A stretch of DNA of 64,000 nt from Eledone cirrhosa (lineage: Eukaryota), in contig OZ024745.1 of assembly GCA_964016885.1 (NCBI GenBank), positions 122,078,001 to 122,142,000 on the forward strand, in the 5' to 3' direction. Of this stretch, positions 1-13,328 are shown piece by piece. Position 1 is the first letter of the stretch. Every line of letters starts with the position of its first letter. The notes beneath the pieces are model-generated. The model searched no databases. It was not told the DNA's origin and saw only the letters and a program-made list of their open reading frames with translations. The position numbers were made by a program, and so were the translations under genes.

Positions 1-87
1 TAGTCTGACAAAAAGGGAGATTTAGTACTTATAAGCTTTAATCATAAGAAAAACAAAAGAAGACTGATTGAAGTCGTTATGCTAAAT

Positions 88-296
88 TTAACCTCTTTCA
101 CACCAAATCACTTGAAACTGCCCATAGTTCTATGATGCAAAATTATTTCTTTTAAAGCATACATTATATCATAATTTTATGTAAGAACCTTTGTTCTCCA
201 AACCAGCTTAATAATGTGAAAATTAGTTATATTACTAAATTCCTTTAAATTCTTGACTATTTAAAAATATTAGAAATATGGTAAGGAAAGGGTTAA
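88..296. mobile_element. TTAA-flanked MITE, family 2 (piggyBac-like), degenerate
   Basis: ttaa-cctctttc...gaaaggg-ttaa termini. Related copies at 40899-41152 and about 46480-46692. Confidence 0.55.
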
Positions 297-1147
297 CTCT
301 CTTGCTATGTTATAATTTGGTAATTTATTGCTGAGACGCCATTACTTACCTTGATGCCAATGGTAATGTATAGTGTGATTGTATCATAACTACTTGACAA
401 TATGAGGCTAGGATGATGGGATCTTAGGGCCTGCAATATGCATTGGAAGTGTTGATATTCACTGTGTCTTGCAATTTGCATAGTTTTATGTTGATAGCCA
501 TGTTGTTTTTCAACTGTTGAGATGAGAGATTTCCTGTCTAGAGTTTCTTTCATTCATTCATTCCACACAAAGCCACTATGATGGATGGGGTTGCCAGTGA
601 TAGCCAATGCCTCTCCCTTCCCCAATGAATTACTTTTCTTTGGTTGTACTGACCCACTGGTAGGCAGGGATGTTTCTATTTTTCCTCACAATCTGCTCAT
701 CAGCAACTTAACAGATTTGGTTCATCATCATAATCATCACCATCATCACCGTTTTACATCCATTCTTCCACACCAGCATGGGTAAGATAAGTTGTCCTGC
801 TGTGGGCAATGCTAGGTCAGGTGACCATGTCTTGCTCATACAGAACTGATTCTGGCTTAGTTTCTACAGCTCGATACCCTTCTTAATGCTAACCTCATTT
901 ACAGTGAGTACTGGGTGACTTTTTAATGTTTGAAAATTAACAGTATTTGGGTGACTATCTACTTTTATCAAACATAATATAGGGGGTGCCCCAACAACCC
1001 CTCTCTTCTAATCAGAACAATATTTACTACTTCTCTTCCTGTGTGCCATCTACCATCTTACACAGCCCAAAACTGAGCAGGGTTGTTCTCAACTTGATCA
1101 TCTATCATACTAGAATGAGATGACCCCGACAGGCACCAACCTATAGG

Positions 1148-1373
1148 TTTTGTTTGTCTTTCACTGACCTAATATAAGAGTCCAACAGTTCTTAATGTTA
1201 GACAATGACCTATAACTACTAATTATTGTGATATCACTTCTATTTTGAATCTAACTGCCAAGTTTGTTTGTCTTTCACTGACCTAATGTAGGAATCCTAT
1301 AGTTGTTGAGGTTAAACAATGACCTGTCACTACTGATTATTGTGATGTCACTTCCACTAGGAATTTAATTGCC
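1148..1373. repeat. ~115-bp tandem duplication
   Basis: tttgtttgtctttcactgacctaat...gacaatgacct...ttattgtgat.tcacttc occurs twice in succession. Confidence 0.75.
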
Positions 1374-2136
1374 GACATGTGTCAACTCTGGTCACAAACC
1401 TCACGTAAATGATTAGGACATATCTTCAAAAGCAAATTTGAATGCAATAGAAGATGAAACCCTAAGGCAATGGGGGCTTACCATAAAAGAAAGCCCTGTT
1501 ATATCTCTAACCATGGTATCATATACACAAAATCAAGAGCAACAACTTTGACAAAATAGGTCTTTCATTATGGGCCAAATCATTGCAGGCATGAAATGAT
1601 GGTCAACCTCTGGTCCCAGCTGCCTACATAGAAGCACCAGAAAGTTGGAGGGAGGGGGGAGGGAAAAACTGCCTGAAAGGACAGGCTTTAGAATCAGGGC
1701 CACAACCCTAAATTAACGCCACTGTACCCCAAAGCAGCAATGACTCCCTCACTACTTCTTGGAGGTCAACTATATTAGAGACATACAAACTAAGAAGGTG
1801 TGCTGTTTGGTGTATATATTTGAGTTAAAGGCAGGCAAAGATTCGATGAATGCCTGATATGGAAGCAAAATAGAGAAATATTTAATAATAATAATAAAAA
1901 AAATCATAATAGTTGAAAAAAGAATTAGGTGTGTGTGTAAAAGTATTCAAAATATATCCTGTCTGGCTTATTGTATGGTAACATTTCATAAGAATTTATC
2001 TACTTCTATTGTTTTTGGTTGTATAGAGAAGGAATTATAGAATGTCAAGTTACATTCCAGCACATATTTTTGTTACATTTCATTTCATAAAAATACAAAG
2101 AAAATATATTCTTCAAATGTTAGCATAGAAAATAAT

Positions 2137-2450
2137 AATTGTTTCTACTTTTGGCAAAAGGTCAGCAATTACTCCATTGTATTACTGGTACTTTATTTTA
2201 TCGACCCCTGTAAGGATGAAAGGCAAAATTAACCTTTGAACTCAGACCGCAAAGGGTTATAACTCTATGCTGCAAAGCATGGCGTCCAACCCTCCACTGA
2301 TACTGCATAGAAAATAATAATAATGATTTCTGATTTAGGTACAAAGCCAGCAATTTTGTGGGAGGGGAAAGTCGATTAAATCAGCCCGTGCGTTACTGGT
2401 ACTTTATTTTATCAACCCCGAAAGGATGAAAGGCAAAGCTAACCTTGGCC
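2137..2450 (-). mobile_element. two tRNA-derived SINE copies (family A)
   Basis: Reverse complement of the recurrent motif ttgcctttcatcctt.cggggtcgataaaataaagtaccagtaa...aaagtagaaacaattatt. Confidence 0.8.
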
Positions 2451-2664
2451 AATACTTTGATACAAAAGACGAAATGTTGGAGACGAACAAACCCTGAGAC
2501 ACTAGAGTTGAATGTTATTGGTGACATCTTTAGTAATATTTGTTGCTTCTAGCATTTTTTAAACATGCTGACGTGTATGTGTATATATGTATGCGTGTGT
2601 GTATATGCATATGCATACATTTATATGTATGAGTATATAAAGTATGTGCATATGCATACATTTA

Positions 2665-3949
2665 CAGGGTGCGGACGATATTTGTTCGCAAGATTACTGT
2701 CTAGGAAAAAATAACACAGTAGTTTTATTTTTTAAGATATATTTATCAAACTTGGGTCAGTTTGTCTTCATGACTTGTTCTTTCGATCTCACTCGATAAA
2801 CTCACCATTGGCTATGATGACAGCCTCAAGGCGGCCTCAGAACCGGCTACAGGCCTTCGTCACTGTCCCCCGACTTAGGCCCCTAAAAGCACTTGTGATC
2901 CTGGCCTTCAGATCATCTTTCATATTGCAGCTAGATCTGTTGGTGTCTCGTTCCACTGCGCCTCACACAAAGAAGTTGAGGGGGTTGCAGTCAGGCGAGC
3001 TGGGAGGTCAGATGTCAGGTGAAGTGTGGTCGACGAAGTTCTCTGACAGCCAGGCTTGGGTCTTTCGGCTGGTATGGCAGGGCGCTGAGTCTTGCTGCCA
3101 CATTACAGCCTACATGCAGCTACCTGGTTGATCCAGGGCTTTACTACCTCGCTCAGAGCGTGGATGTAGCCATCGGTGTTCAGCTTGAGGCCCTCAGGGA
3201 AGAAGTAAGGTGGCATGACGACACCTAAGACCAATGTTGTCACTGGAAACTTTGTCTGCATGACTCTGGGCACGTCTTTCGATGAGAGAGCGAGCCACCT
3301 GTTGTTCTGGGAGTTGATATTCTGGTTTGGCAGAAGTTTTTCTCGTCGGAGAAAAACCACAGCATGTCTCGCTCCAGTGGGTGTTTCAACTTGTTGATCA
3401 GCTTCTTTGCGTGCTTCAGTCGCTTTTCTTGCATCGCCTTTGACAGAAGTTGTCCTTTCCTCATCTTGTATGAAATGTAGCGAATGTCTTCATGTACCAC
3501 CAGCCTCATGAGCTTTTCATCCACGCCTTTCTCCCTTGCAATGGCACGCATTGACTTGCTAGGTTCATTGTTGATGATATCCTGAACTTCAGCGACGAAC
3601 TCGGGCATTCTGAAGGCGTCAGATCGTCGATCATGTGTTTTCCTCTCTGATGTTGCTTCGTAGTCGAATCCTGAATCTTCCAATTCCTTTCTGACCTTTT
3701 CCACCATTCTCCTGCTGACGCTGAGAAAGTCTGAAATTTCCTTATTTGTCCTCCCGCTGCGGATTCCAAGAAGAACTCCGTGTCTCTTCCACAAATTTGG
3801 AGGTTCAAAATTATTCATAATCAATTATTCTGAAAATAAATAATGGAAATATAGTCAGTTTTTATGAAGACAAGAGTGACAATGGAAGTAAAAAAAATTT
3901 GCATAAAATTAGCAGTTGAAAATTGCGAACAAATATCGTCCACACCCAC
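2665..3949 (-). mobile_element. Tc1/mariner superfamily, maT (DD37D) element, full length, defective
   Basis: ~27-bp TIRs (ta|cagggtgcggacgatatttgttcgcaa / ttgcgaacaaatatcgtccacaccc). Transposase shows an HTH region, WFFSDEKNF and WQQDSAPCH...PPSSPDCNPL(N), with 37 residues between the second D and the third catalytic position. Frameshifts and stops are present. Confidence 0.9.
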
Positions 3950-4100
3950 TCTTTATATGTATGCGTATATAAAGTATATGAATATGCATACATTTATATG
4001 TATGAGTATATAAATATAAATGTGCAAACACAGATACACTTACAAAAATACACACTGATACATACATTCATGCAAACACACACATACATTCACATAAACA

Positions 4101-6249
4101 CAGGAAGAAGAACGGGGGAAGCAGGGTACATTACATAGAGACCAAGAGGGAAGCTAGGCGACAAGTATACTTAGCTAGGAGGGAAGCAGAGGATAGAAAA
4201 TTCAAGCATGTTTTGCAACGTGAGGACCAGAAACAGGAGGTGTTCAAGATTGCGAGGCAGTGTGTCAGAGATAGTTGTGATGTCATTGGAGAGAAGTGTA
4301 TCCGGAATGATAAAGGTGAGCTTGCCCTCACAAGTGCTGAGAAGAAAGATGCATGGAAGAGACATTATGATAGATTACTAAATGAGGAGAATGCATGGGA
4401 AGAAGAGACCCTACCCCAAGTAGACCCTATAGAGGGGCCAGCAGTACAAGTCAACAGCAGCGTAGTAAGTAAGGCAATCAAAGATATGAAGATGGGGAAG
4501 GCAACCGGTCCATCGGGTATAGCTGCCGAGATGCTGAAGGCATCTGGGTCTGTAGGTCACACTATAACCACACGTATTGTTAACCAGGTAATACTAGGTG
4601 TCATACCAAAAGATTGGTGCAGTAGCATCATTGTCAACTGCTACAAAGGTAAAGGTGATGCACTAGATAGAGGAAACTATAGAGGTATAAAGCTGATGGA
4701 CCAGGTCATGAAAGTAACAGAAAGAGTTATAGCACAGTTGATTAGGGACCGGGTGAAACTAGATGAGATGCAATTTGGGTTTGTACCAGGAAGAAGCACC
4801 CCTGGTGCCTTCTTCCTTGTGAGGCAGTTACAGGAAAAGTACCTAGCTAAAAGTAAGCCACTCTACCTGGCATTCGTCGATCTCGATAAAGCCTTTGACA
4901 GAGTTCCACGTGCTATAATCTGGTGGGCTCTTAGAAAACTAGAAGTAGATGAATGGCTTGTGAAAGCTGTACAAGCCACGTATAGGGGAGCAGTCAGCAA
5001 AGTTAGGATTAGCAATGAGTATAGTGAGGAATTTAGCATACAGGTTGGTGTCCACCAGGGCTCGGTTCTTAGCCCTCTCCTGTTCATCATAGTCCTGCAG
5101 GCAATAACGGAGGAGTTTAAGACCAGATACCCATGGCAACTCCTGTATGCAGATGACCTTGCACTTATAGCTGAATCTATGGTAGAACTAGAGAAGAAAT
5201 TCCAAACTTGGAAGCAGGGACTAGAAAGAAAGGGTCTCAAAGTCAACATGACAAAGACTAAGGTCCTTGTAAGTAGACGAGAAAACAGAACCCAGATCCC
5301 CTCAGGGAAATGGCCTTGCTCAGTATGTAGGAAAGGTGTAGGTAGGAACTCCATTCTCGGCCCCAAATGCAAACAATGGGTACACAAGAGATGTAGCGGG
5401 ATCTCAGGAAGCTTAATTAAGAATGTAGGCTTCACATGTAACAGCTGTACTGGGACAGCAAGCAGCAAACAGCCACAGGAAACAAGTACCACCAATCTCT
5501 GGGAGGGCTCTGTAGAAACAGTAGACAGCTTCTGCTACCTAGGTGACCGAATTAGCAGCGGAGGTGGGTGTTCAGAAAGTACAATAACTAGGGTAAGAAT
5601 GGGATGGAAGAAGTTCAGGGAACTACTGCGACTGCTAGCTGCAAAAGGCTTCTCCCTCAAAATGAAAGGCAGACTATGATGCGTGTATCCGAACAGCAGA
5701 GAGGCGGTTGTGTTGGTATGAAGGATGACAGCTGCATAAAAAGGTACAGAGCACTAGAAGTCAATAGAAACCTCGGAGTGGGGAGACCCAAGAAGACAAT
5801 GGAAACTGCGGAGTGGGGAGACCCAAGAAGACCTGGGATGATGTGATAAAAGCCGACCTTACCCAATTACACCTCTCAAAGGCAATGACACACGACCGTG
5901 ACCTCTGGCGTCACGCAGTAATACAGAGTACCCGACCTCCCATGGGTACAAGCTGAAGCATATAGACAATATGCCCCCACACCCTCCCACTGCAAAGTGG
6001 TCGTGGAGGTGCCACGGCAAAAAAGCACCCAGCCTACACTGTAAAGTGGAGGTGCCACGGAAAAAAGCACCCAGCACTCACTGTAAATGAGGTTGGTGTT
6101 AGGAAGGGCATCCAGCTGTAGAAATCAAGCCAGAATCAGTTCCTGTATGAGCAAGGCATGGTCAGCCGACCAGACACTGCCCACAACAGGACAACCCGTC
6201 TAACCCATGCTAGCATGGAAGAACGGACGTAAAACGGTGATGATGATGA
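4101..6249 (+). mobile_element. RTE-clade LINE, 5'-truncated, with RT ORF remnant, 3' UTR and (GAT)n tail
   Basis: ORF 4213..5679 contains NYRGIKL, QFGF, FVDLDKAFD, GVHQGSVLSP and LLYADDL. It ends in cccatgctagcatggaa...gatgatgat. Confidence 0.93.
4213..5679 (+). pseudogene. RTE reverse transcriptase ORF remnant with PHD-like finger
   Basis: RT motifs as above; premature stop or frameshift at KGRL; no endonuclease domain. Confidence 0.85.
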
Positions 6250-6611
6250 CACCCACACACGTACAGAGCATAACAAATGGAACGCCAGCTGCTATTTTGC
6301 TATAGTTTTTTCACCATCCCCTTCCTTCCTTTTAAACACATACATTCACGCAGGCAGCAGATGTAAAGAGAGAGGAGTAGTATGAGGTAGTCAACCTGCT
6401 CCTCTCTCTTTATGTGTTGTCACAGAATTGCAGAAATTTATATATCGATTGAGCAGTCTAACAGGAAACTTCCAACCCATGGAACCTATTGGTAGGCAAC
6501 TTCATTAGTTTAGATGCATTTTAGGATAACTCAGCAAACACTTCTTTTCACTGTCTTTTCCTTTAATTCACTTGATTCAAATCTAAAATATCAAATTTCT
6601 ATTTGGAACAG

Positions 6612-6756
6612 GGTGGAGATGAATTGGTTGTAACTGTAGACAACTTGAACTTACCCACTGAAGCTGAATTCTTCATCTTGTACACTGGTACAAATGAACG
6701 ACGTGTTACAAGAGCTCAGAGGATCAACAGTTTAACATTTCAAGCAAATATTCCTG
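6612..6756 (+). CDS. AKAP13: AKAP13/ARHGEF28-like RhoGEF, internal coding exon A (N-terminal DBB-like region)
   Basis: Acceptor cag| at 6611 and donor |gtaagt at 6757. Open frame GGDELVVTVDNLNLPTEAEFFILYTGTNERRVTRAQRINSLTFQANIP resembles the remembered AKAP13/ARHGEF28 N-terminus (YGD..VTV...FYLVF.GS..RH.T......TL...PGH). Ends in phase 1. The symbol is a family-level call. Confidence 0.8.
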
Positions 6757-6843
6757 GTAAGTGACAAAAGAAAAAAAATATATAATGCAATATTGATGTC
6801 ATGTTAGTGAGAAATAACAATTGTATATTGTTAGTTTTACAAT

Positions 6844-7075
6844 TAGCATTTAAACTGGCCATATTCAGCCAGAATTCTCTCATCTCTTTCTGTTCAAACT
6901 AGCTGTAACCAGCCACTCATACTGATGTTAAGGTATTGTTCTCAAAACAAATAATATCAAAATCTTATAGATTTGATATTATGTGAGATATTTATGTTAA
7001 GTAATGCCTTTACCACAAAAATATAATAGTAAATATAATAGTATAAATAGAGTAATGTAAATGTTAAAGGGTTAA
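6844..7075 (+). mobile_element. piggyBac-type MITE family 1 (left end eroded)
   Basis: tagcatttaaactggccat...gtaaatgttaaaggg-ttaa; same family as 24946-25161. Confidence 0.7.
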
Positions 7076-9930
7076 ATATCGATAAAGATTTTTCGTTTTT
7101 GACATTTTTTATTTAAATCTTTCGTTATCATATTTCTAATGCCTATTATTTTCAATTAATTTTTTAAAATACTCATAAAATTGAAGGATTTAGTAAACCA
7201 GGTGCAGTTTCAGGTAGGTTGGTATCAAAGAGGTTAATGTTCAACTCTGCTGAACTTAAACTTAAAGTTCTTTCTTTTGAATTGATAAATATTTATAAGA
7301 AGAGATGGTTTATATATTCGTATGTTATTGTTTCACTTTGCTTGCAAGTCCATGATAAATAAACTGTAGGTTTAGTTGGTCTTCTAGAGTTTCAACCTGG
7401 GTATCTACATTTGGTGGTGAATTGGCAGAGTTGTTAAGATGTTGAATAAAATACTTTACGGCATTCGTCCCACCCCATTCCATGCTCTGAGTTCAAATCC
7501 TGCCGTGGTCAACTTTGCCTTTCATCTTTTTGAGGTCAATAAAAAAAGTACCAGTCCAGTACTGGGGTTGATTCTTCCTCTATAGAAAAAGTCAGCTGTG
7601 TTCAGGCCTGGAGAGGGTTGGGCTCTGCCAAGTTTAAAAGTGCTTTAGACATGCCATATGATGTACAAGGAGTTATGGGATCTTTTATCTACATTTATTG
7701 TTGTTATAGCTCACACCATTGTAGGTTTAGGAGGTCTTCTATAGTTTAAACCTGGTTGTCTACATATATTATTGTTATAGCTCATGCTAATGTAGGTTTA
7801 GATGGTCTTCTATAAAGTTGCATCTCATAAGAGGTTTCTTGGGTAGGTATACTGTTTGTATATGCTGGTGTCATGACAAAATGCAAAATGCACTTGATAG
7901 AGCACTAGAATGTGTAAGATGTGGGTCCCTGGCCCATCTGAGCACTCTGTAGAGTGCAGGAATGTATATTAGCGAGATGCAAGCCCCTGGCCCATCCGAG
8001 ATATCAGTAGCTCTGCTTAAATACTGACATAGTCTGTGATGACCTACCCAACCTTTCCTAGCTGGGAAAATGGCCATTAAATGATGATGATAGTATAATA
8101 GTATTTTTGTGCTGGTGCCAGGTTCCCAGTTGTGGCCATGCCAGGGCACTGCTATAGTAGTTTACTATCTAAGAGAAATTTTGTATAGTTCAACAAAAGT
8201 GTTTTCAGGCCATTCTATGTGAAATGGGGAGCTCCTCTCAAAATTTAAAAGGACTGAATGGTTTTGATTTGATGTTGGGTGTGCTGTTTTTCCTTTGGCT
8301 GTCCAGGACCCCAGATAGATGTATTAGTTAGTCACCATACACACACTTCTTAGAGTTTTTTTTAATCTATTAGGTGTGCCTAAGAGACAGCATGTTACAA
8401 AATAGCAGAGCTACTATTTGGATCTAAAAGATAATATATATAACTATTATATATTGTTTGCTATTTAATGACTGTTGTCAGTAGTCATGTATTTCATAAG
8501 ATTAATTGAGAAAGTGATAAAAGTAGATTGCTAGTTCATAGCATATTCTGCTTAGTGAGATATGAAATCTGATATGATTGTAATTTTCGATAGTCTTTTA
8601 CATGGTGGTCTTTTAATTTGCATTTATCTATTAAGTATGTATCAAATTATTGTGGTTAATAGTACAACTGTCTAGATTTTCTTTTGTCAGATTATAATTA
8701 AAAACAACAAAACCATAAAGTTACTGTTTGTTTCACAAACAACCAGCTTTGTAATTTATTTGTAGCTAAACTTAAAAGAAGACATGAGTTTTTGACCCCT
8801 AATCAAAGTGTCATTTTTGTCTTTGCTGCTTAAATATAAAGGTCAGTTATAGAGTATAATAATAAGGTTGGTAATAAATCATAAATGACTAATAAAAATG
8901 AATGTTTAGTATGTGTGGAATTTATGAATAAATTATCATACATGATATATAATAATGCATCAAATGGTTTGGTCACCTGATTAGAATACCAATTAACCAG
9001 AAATAGCCAAATCACAATCTATCATCTTAAAGAGACACGGAAAAATATAATCTAACCACAGAAAGCTTGCCAAACAAGGGGTTGGGAGGACCCTACAGTT
9101 TGTGTCAAAAGACACTACATTCGAAAGAACATATGGCCGTATGTAAGCATAATGCAGTCCCCTCAGTCTGTTTGGGAGGTCAGAAACCCAGCTTCAGTAG
9201 TAACTCGGTCTATGTTCACCTGCTCAACACTTGCTAGCAGGGAAAGCAGGCATTAAATGATGATGATGATGATGATATACCTTCTAAAGGCTGAATTTTT
9301 TAATGAATTACTTCCCTTGATACTCTATTATGTATTAAAGGGAGATTACTCTTTTGGCACATTCAGTTGCCTGCAGCACCAAGAAGATTAAAAAGACTGG
9401 GTGGTCATGACTGAAATGACTTTGATTAAAAACACTCCAACCATGCATAGAGATTTTATTTTACAAACCTCTCTGAGGATGTGAACATGCTTCGAGTCAC
9501 ATATATTGTATCATAATTGCAATTATGCAATTCAACATAACTATTATGAAAACCACTACGAGCAGACATATAACCACAGAAACAAGTGTAGGAATAATAA
9601 AATGATATAACTTTGTCTTTGTCATATCATTCTTATTCTAACCTGCATTCCTGGATTCACATGTCATATTGGATTTATATGCATGAAAATTGGTTTTCAC
9701 CACCCCAATGGCATACACTATTATCTGGGAAGGCTTGCTTCACATTCTGTGTGCAGACATACCTTGAGTTCTACAATTCCACCAAAACCCATCATTTGCC
9801 TAAGGTATTTGTTGTTGTGAATATGGCTGATTCAACACGCACATACTTTTTTCTCCTCTCCCTAATATTTTTTCATTTCTTTCCTTTCTGATTCTCCTCT
9901 ATTTCTTAAATTCTTTTATTTCTCATTCTA

Positions 9931-9966
9931 CCTTCTGATAAAGGACTAATGTCCGAAACGTTAAAA
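9931..9966 (+). ncRNA. degenerate minimal hammerhead ribozyme motif (family 1)
   Basis: cctt CTGATAA a ggac taat gtcc GAAAC GTT aa; G8 is changed to A. Confidence 0.55.
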
Positions 9967-10079
9967 CTAATATATATCTTTAGTGTACTGTATCATTTTG
10001 CAATGTTGATTTCTTTACATACGCACAAAGGGTCAGGAGGACTCTTCAGCTATAACATAGACATAATTTGTTTAATATT

Positions 10080-10387
10080 GGTGCCATAATAAAATGAAAG
10101 CATCCGTCATCACCAAAGCCCCCCCAAAATCACGAGAGGTTCACTGCAATGTGAAGGTAATATTAACCTGTTTCTTTGATTCCTGTGGTATTGTGGATCA
10201 TTAATATGCACCACAAAGCCAAACAATCAATAAGGAATACCACCTGGGGTTACACGCCACCTTTGTGATGCTGTGCGTCGAAAGTGGCTGGACAAGTGGG
10301 CGGTGAAAAATTGGCAACTTTACCACAAGGCACCAACTCATTTCGCCCACATAATCCAAGCTTTCCTGGTCAAGAACAACACACTAC
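10080..10387 (+). mobile_element. mariner transposase fragment
   Basis: Mariner-like peptides (KVILTCFFD..GIV; RRKW...WQLYHKAPTH..HIIQAFLVKN), followed directly by an RTE fragment. Confidence 0.65.
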
Positions 10388-11040
10388 TTGAAGGAATCAG
10401 GGTCCTATCTTCTCTCCTACTCACTAGCATTTTAGTTTTGGCTATGTTTACTCTCAGGCCTTTTGATTCTAAATTCTGTTTCCATAGTTGGAACTTATTT
10501 TCTAGATCTTTAATGGATTCAGCTATGAGGAGCAAATCATCTACATAGCCTGGAGAACTATAATGAATAGTAGTGGGCTAAGAACTGAACCTTGAGGAAC
10601 TCCTACTTGTACCTTGAATCACTAAACTCATTTCCTACTCTCCCTTTGCTGACAGCTCCTCTGTACATGGCTTGCACTGTTCTCACCAACCATTCTTTAA
10701 CACCTAATTTCCTTAAGGACCTCCAGATAATAGATTGGGGTACTTTGTCAAACACTTTTTCTAGGTCAACAAAAGCTTGATATAATGGCTTATTCTAGGT
10801 TAGGAACCTCTCTTATTAAAAAGAGGACATCTGTAGTACTTTCCTCGGGCAGGAAACCAAACTGCATCTCATCTATTTTGACTCTTTCCTTAATTAGCTG
10901 CACTATAACTTTTTCCATCACTTTCATAACTTGATCCATTAGTTTTATTCCTCTATAGTTGCTCCTTTCTAGAGCATCATCATTGCCCTTGTAGCAAGAT
11001 TGTACTGCTACCCACATTTTCCCAGTCATTCCAATCCTGT
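10388..11040 (-). mobile_element. RTE LINE RT fragment
   Basis: NYRGIKLMDQVMKV, QFGF and LESKGLRVNIAKTK on the minus strand. Confidence 0.85.
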
Positions 11041-11369
11041 AACTTGACTTTAATGACTCTATCCACTCTTCTACCACCAGGTCACCTTCTGTCTACCTGG
11101 TGCTCTACTCTAGCCACAGGTCTCATTAGTAGTTTGCAATAGGTTTCACTTATTGTTGTCACTTATATATTTTAAGGCATAAGTATAAAATTATGCTTTT
11201 AAATGTTTTTTTAGAGTTAGTGATAACTAGGTGAACTATTCTAAAATCTCTGAAGTTACTTATACATCATCTATAATTAATTACCAGGCCTGTGCAAAGA
11301 TGGTAATAAGTTTAGGTTCCATTTCAAACTGCTCATTAAGTATTTTAGTTCTTGTTATCGTGTCCAGGT

Positions 11370-11925
11370 TTGCTGGGAACTTTTGGGGTTGACTGGGAAA
11401 ACAGTCTACAGATGGTGGTTTATAGACAGATGTTACTACTACACTGCTTGGCTCAATGGATAAGACTTTGATGTCATGGTCATCTGACATGTCCGTTTCT
11501 TCTATAGCTAAGCCTGTATTTACAAACATAGCACTGCTGTACTGCCGATGGGGTCGCTCAATGGCCAGGACCATTCCAGGTATGGTGGGACAGTTGTTTT
11601 CATTCCCTCTGTGCATCTCTTGCAAGCAGAGAACGTCACAGTGTTGCTTGCTGCATAGGTCGACTAAGTTGTTTTGTCTTGTAGAGGAGAGCCCTTCAAT
11701 ATTCACAGATATGACTGTTAATGCTGGTCTTAAGGACGCCTTCCTTTCTGACACCAACCTCTGTATCTATCTTCAGGCATGGTGTTTTCTCTTGGTGTTT
11801 TGTAGCTTTCAGCGTTGCTTTTGGCTGTTCTGTAGCTTATGATTGTTGCTTGTGGTGGTGATAGAATTAGCAGTATCTTGTTGATCTAGCTGATCTTATC
11901 GATACTCCCAGGGTCGCAGCATAGA
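11370..11925 (-). mobile_element. APE endonuclease fragment of an Ingi/Vingi-like LINE
   Basis: ISVNIEGLS...CDVLCLQE.HR...IPGMVLAIERPH.QY.SA.FV...SVYKPP. The clade assignment is from memory. Confidence 0.65.
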
Positions 11926-12599
11926 TGCTCCTATTTTGATCCCAGTATTTTAGTAACCACTGCTAAATACATGATACGCATGCATGTTGTATTTACAAGT
12001 AACAAAACAACATAAGAATTTGAGGAAAATCAATTTCCTGAAAGTCAATTTCTTTCGGTCTAGCTTGCTCCTATTATCCACACATCTCTCCAGTGTTTTT
12101 ATTCATGAAAAAAAGATTCCAAGGAAAAGAAATATACTAGTTTATTTAGTAACACATTGAGTTATTTCCCTTCGTATAAATAACGATTTCTTTCTTTTTT
12201 TTAAAACATCAGTTTGTCTCCTTTCATTTTTTTTTTAAAATTGACCTTCTGAACGCCTTATATTTTGTATTAGTCCTTTACATTTAAACATTTTTTATTG
12301 GTAAAATAATTACTTTCTAATTTTAGAATCATATTTAAATATTTAAATATTTAGAAGTATATTTATTCAGGAATATGTAAGAATGTTGTTTGTGGTGGTA
12401 AGCTTGTAACAAATAAGGTTTGTTATGCAGATGTGATTCCTGTTAAGAAAAATTTACTTCAATTATTCGACATATATAAAATTTCTACCTGCATTATATA
12501 TCTTGGAGATGATTAGGCTATGTCTTGTTTATTAGGTGCACTTCATTCTTGATCCAGGGTCTTGAAATCACTCATGGAGGAGGAACCCCTCTCTGCACT

Positions 12600-12965
12600 C
12601 CTTCCACAGACTTCTGTCCCTTGTCAGTCTTGGCCATGAGGGTCCCAGGTGGTTGGTGCGGTCGTCACGCCATCTTGTCTTTGGACGTCCTTTTAATCTT
12701 GTCCACTTTTTGGGTGTCCACACTGTCATTCTGATCGTCCATCTGTTGTCACTGAGTCGCGAGATGTGGCCAGCCCATCTGTGTTTGTTCGTCTTGATGG
12801 TTGTTATATCGCTAACTGCAGTTCGTTGTCAGATCCAAATGTTCTCCTTCTTGTCAGGCAGCATGATACCCAACATAATGCGCTCTCTTTCCCTGGGCGA
12901 CACTGCGTATGTTCTTCATGGTGTTATTCAGCGACCAGGTCTCACTGCCGTACGTCATCACTTCA
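12600..12965 (-). mobile_element. RTE-like LINE C-terminal fragment
   Basis: Minus strand reads RWAGHISR...WTPKKWTR.KGRPKTRW. Confidence 0.7.
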
Positions 12966-13102
12966 TTAGGATGAACATATTGTTAGGGACATAATGAGGC
13001 CATTGAATGTTTTGAAGTAGTTTTCATGCAAATTCCTATAACCCTCTATTGGAATATCTGTATGTGTGTGTGTTTTAAAGATATCATAAATAACACTGCT
13101 TC

Positions 13103-13328
13103 TTAACACTTTACCATTTACATTACTCTATATATACTATTGTATTTTCATGGTAAACACTTTACCTCACATAGTTATCTCACATAATATCAAATCTATG
13201 AGATTTTAATATATATTTTGAGAACAATACCTTAACATCAGTATGAGTAGATGGTTATGGCCAGTTTGAAGAGAAAGAGGTGAGAGAATTCTGGCTGGAT
13301 ACGGCTGGTTTAAATGCTAAAGGGTTAA
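13103..13328 (-). mobile_element. piggyBac-type MITE family 1
   Basis: ttaa-cactttaccattta ... taaatgctaaaggg-ttaa. Confidence 0.75.

Noticed and set aside
1-6611. Start-codon exon of the RhoGEF gene
   Set aside because: No convincing ATG exon with a phase-0 donor was found; it probably lies upstream of the window.
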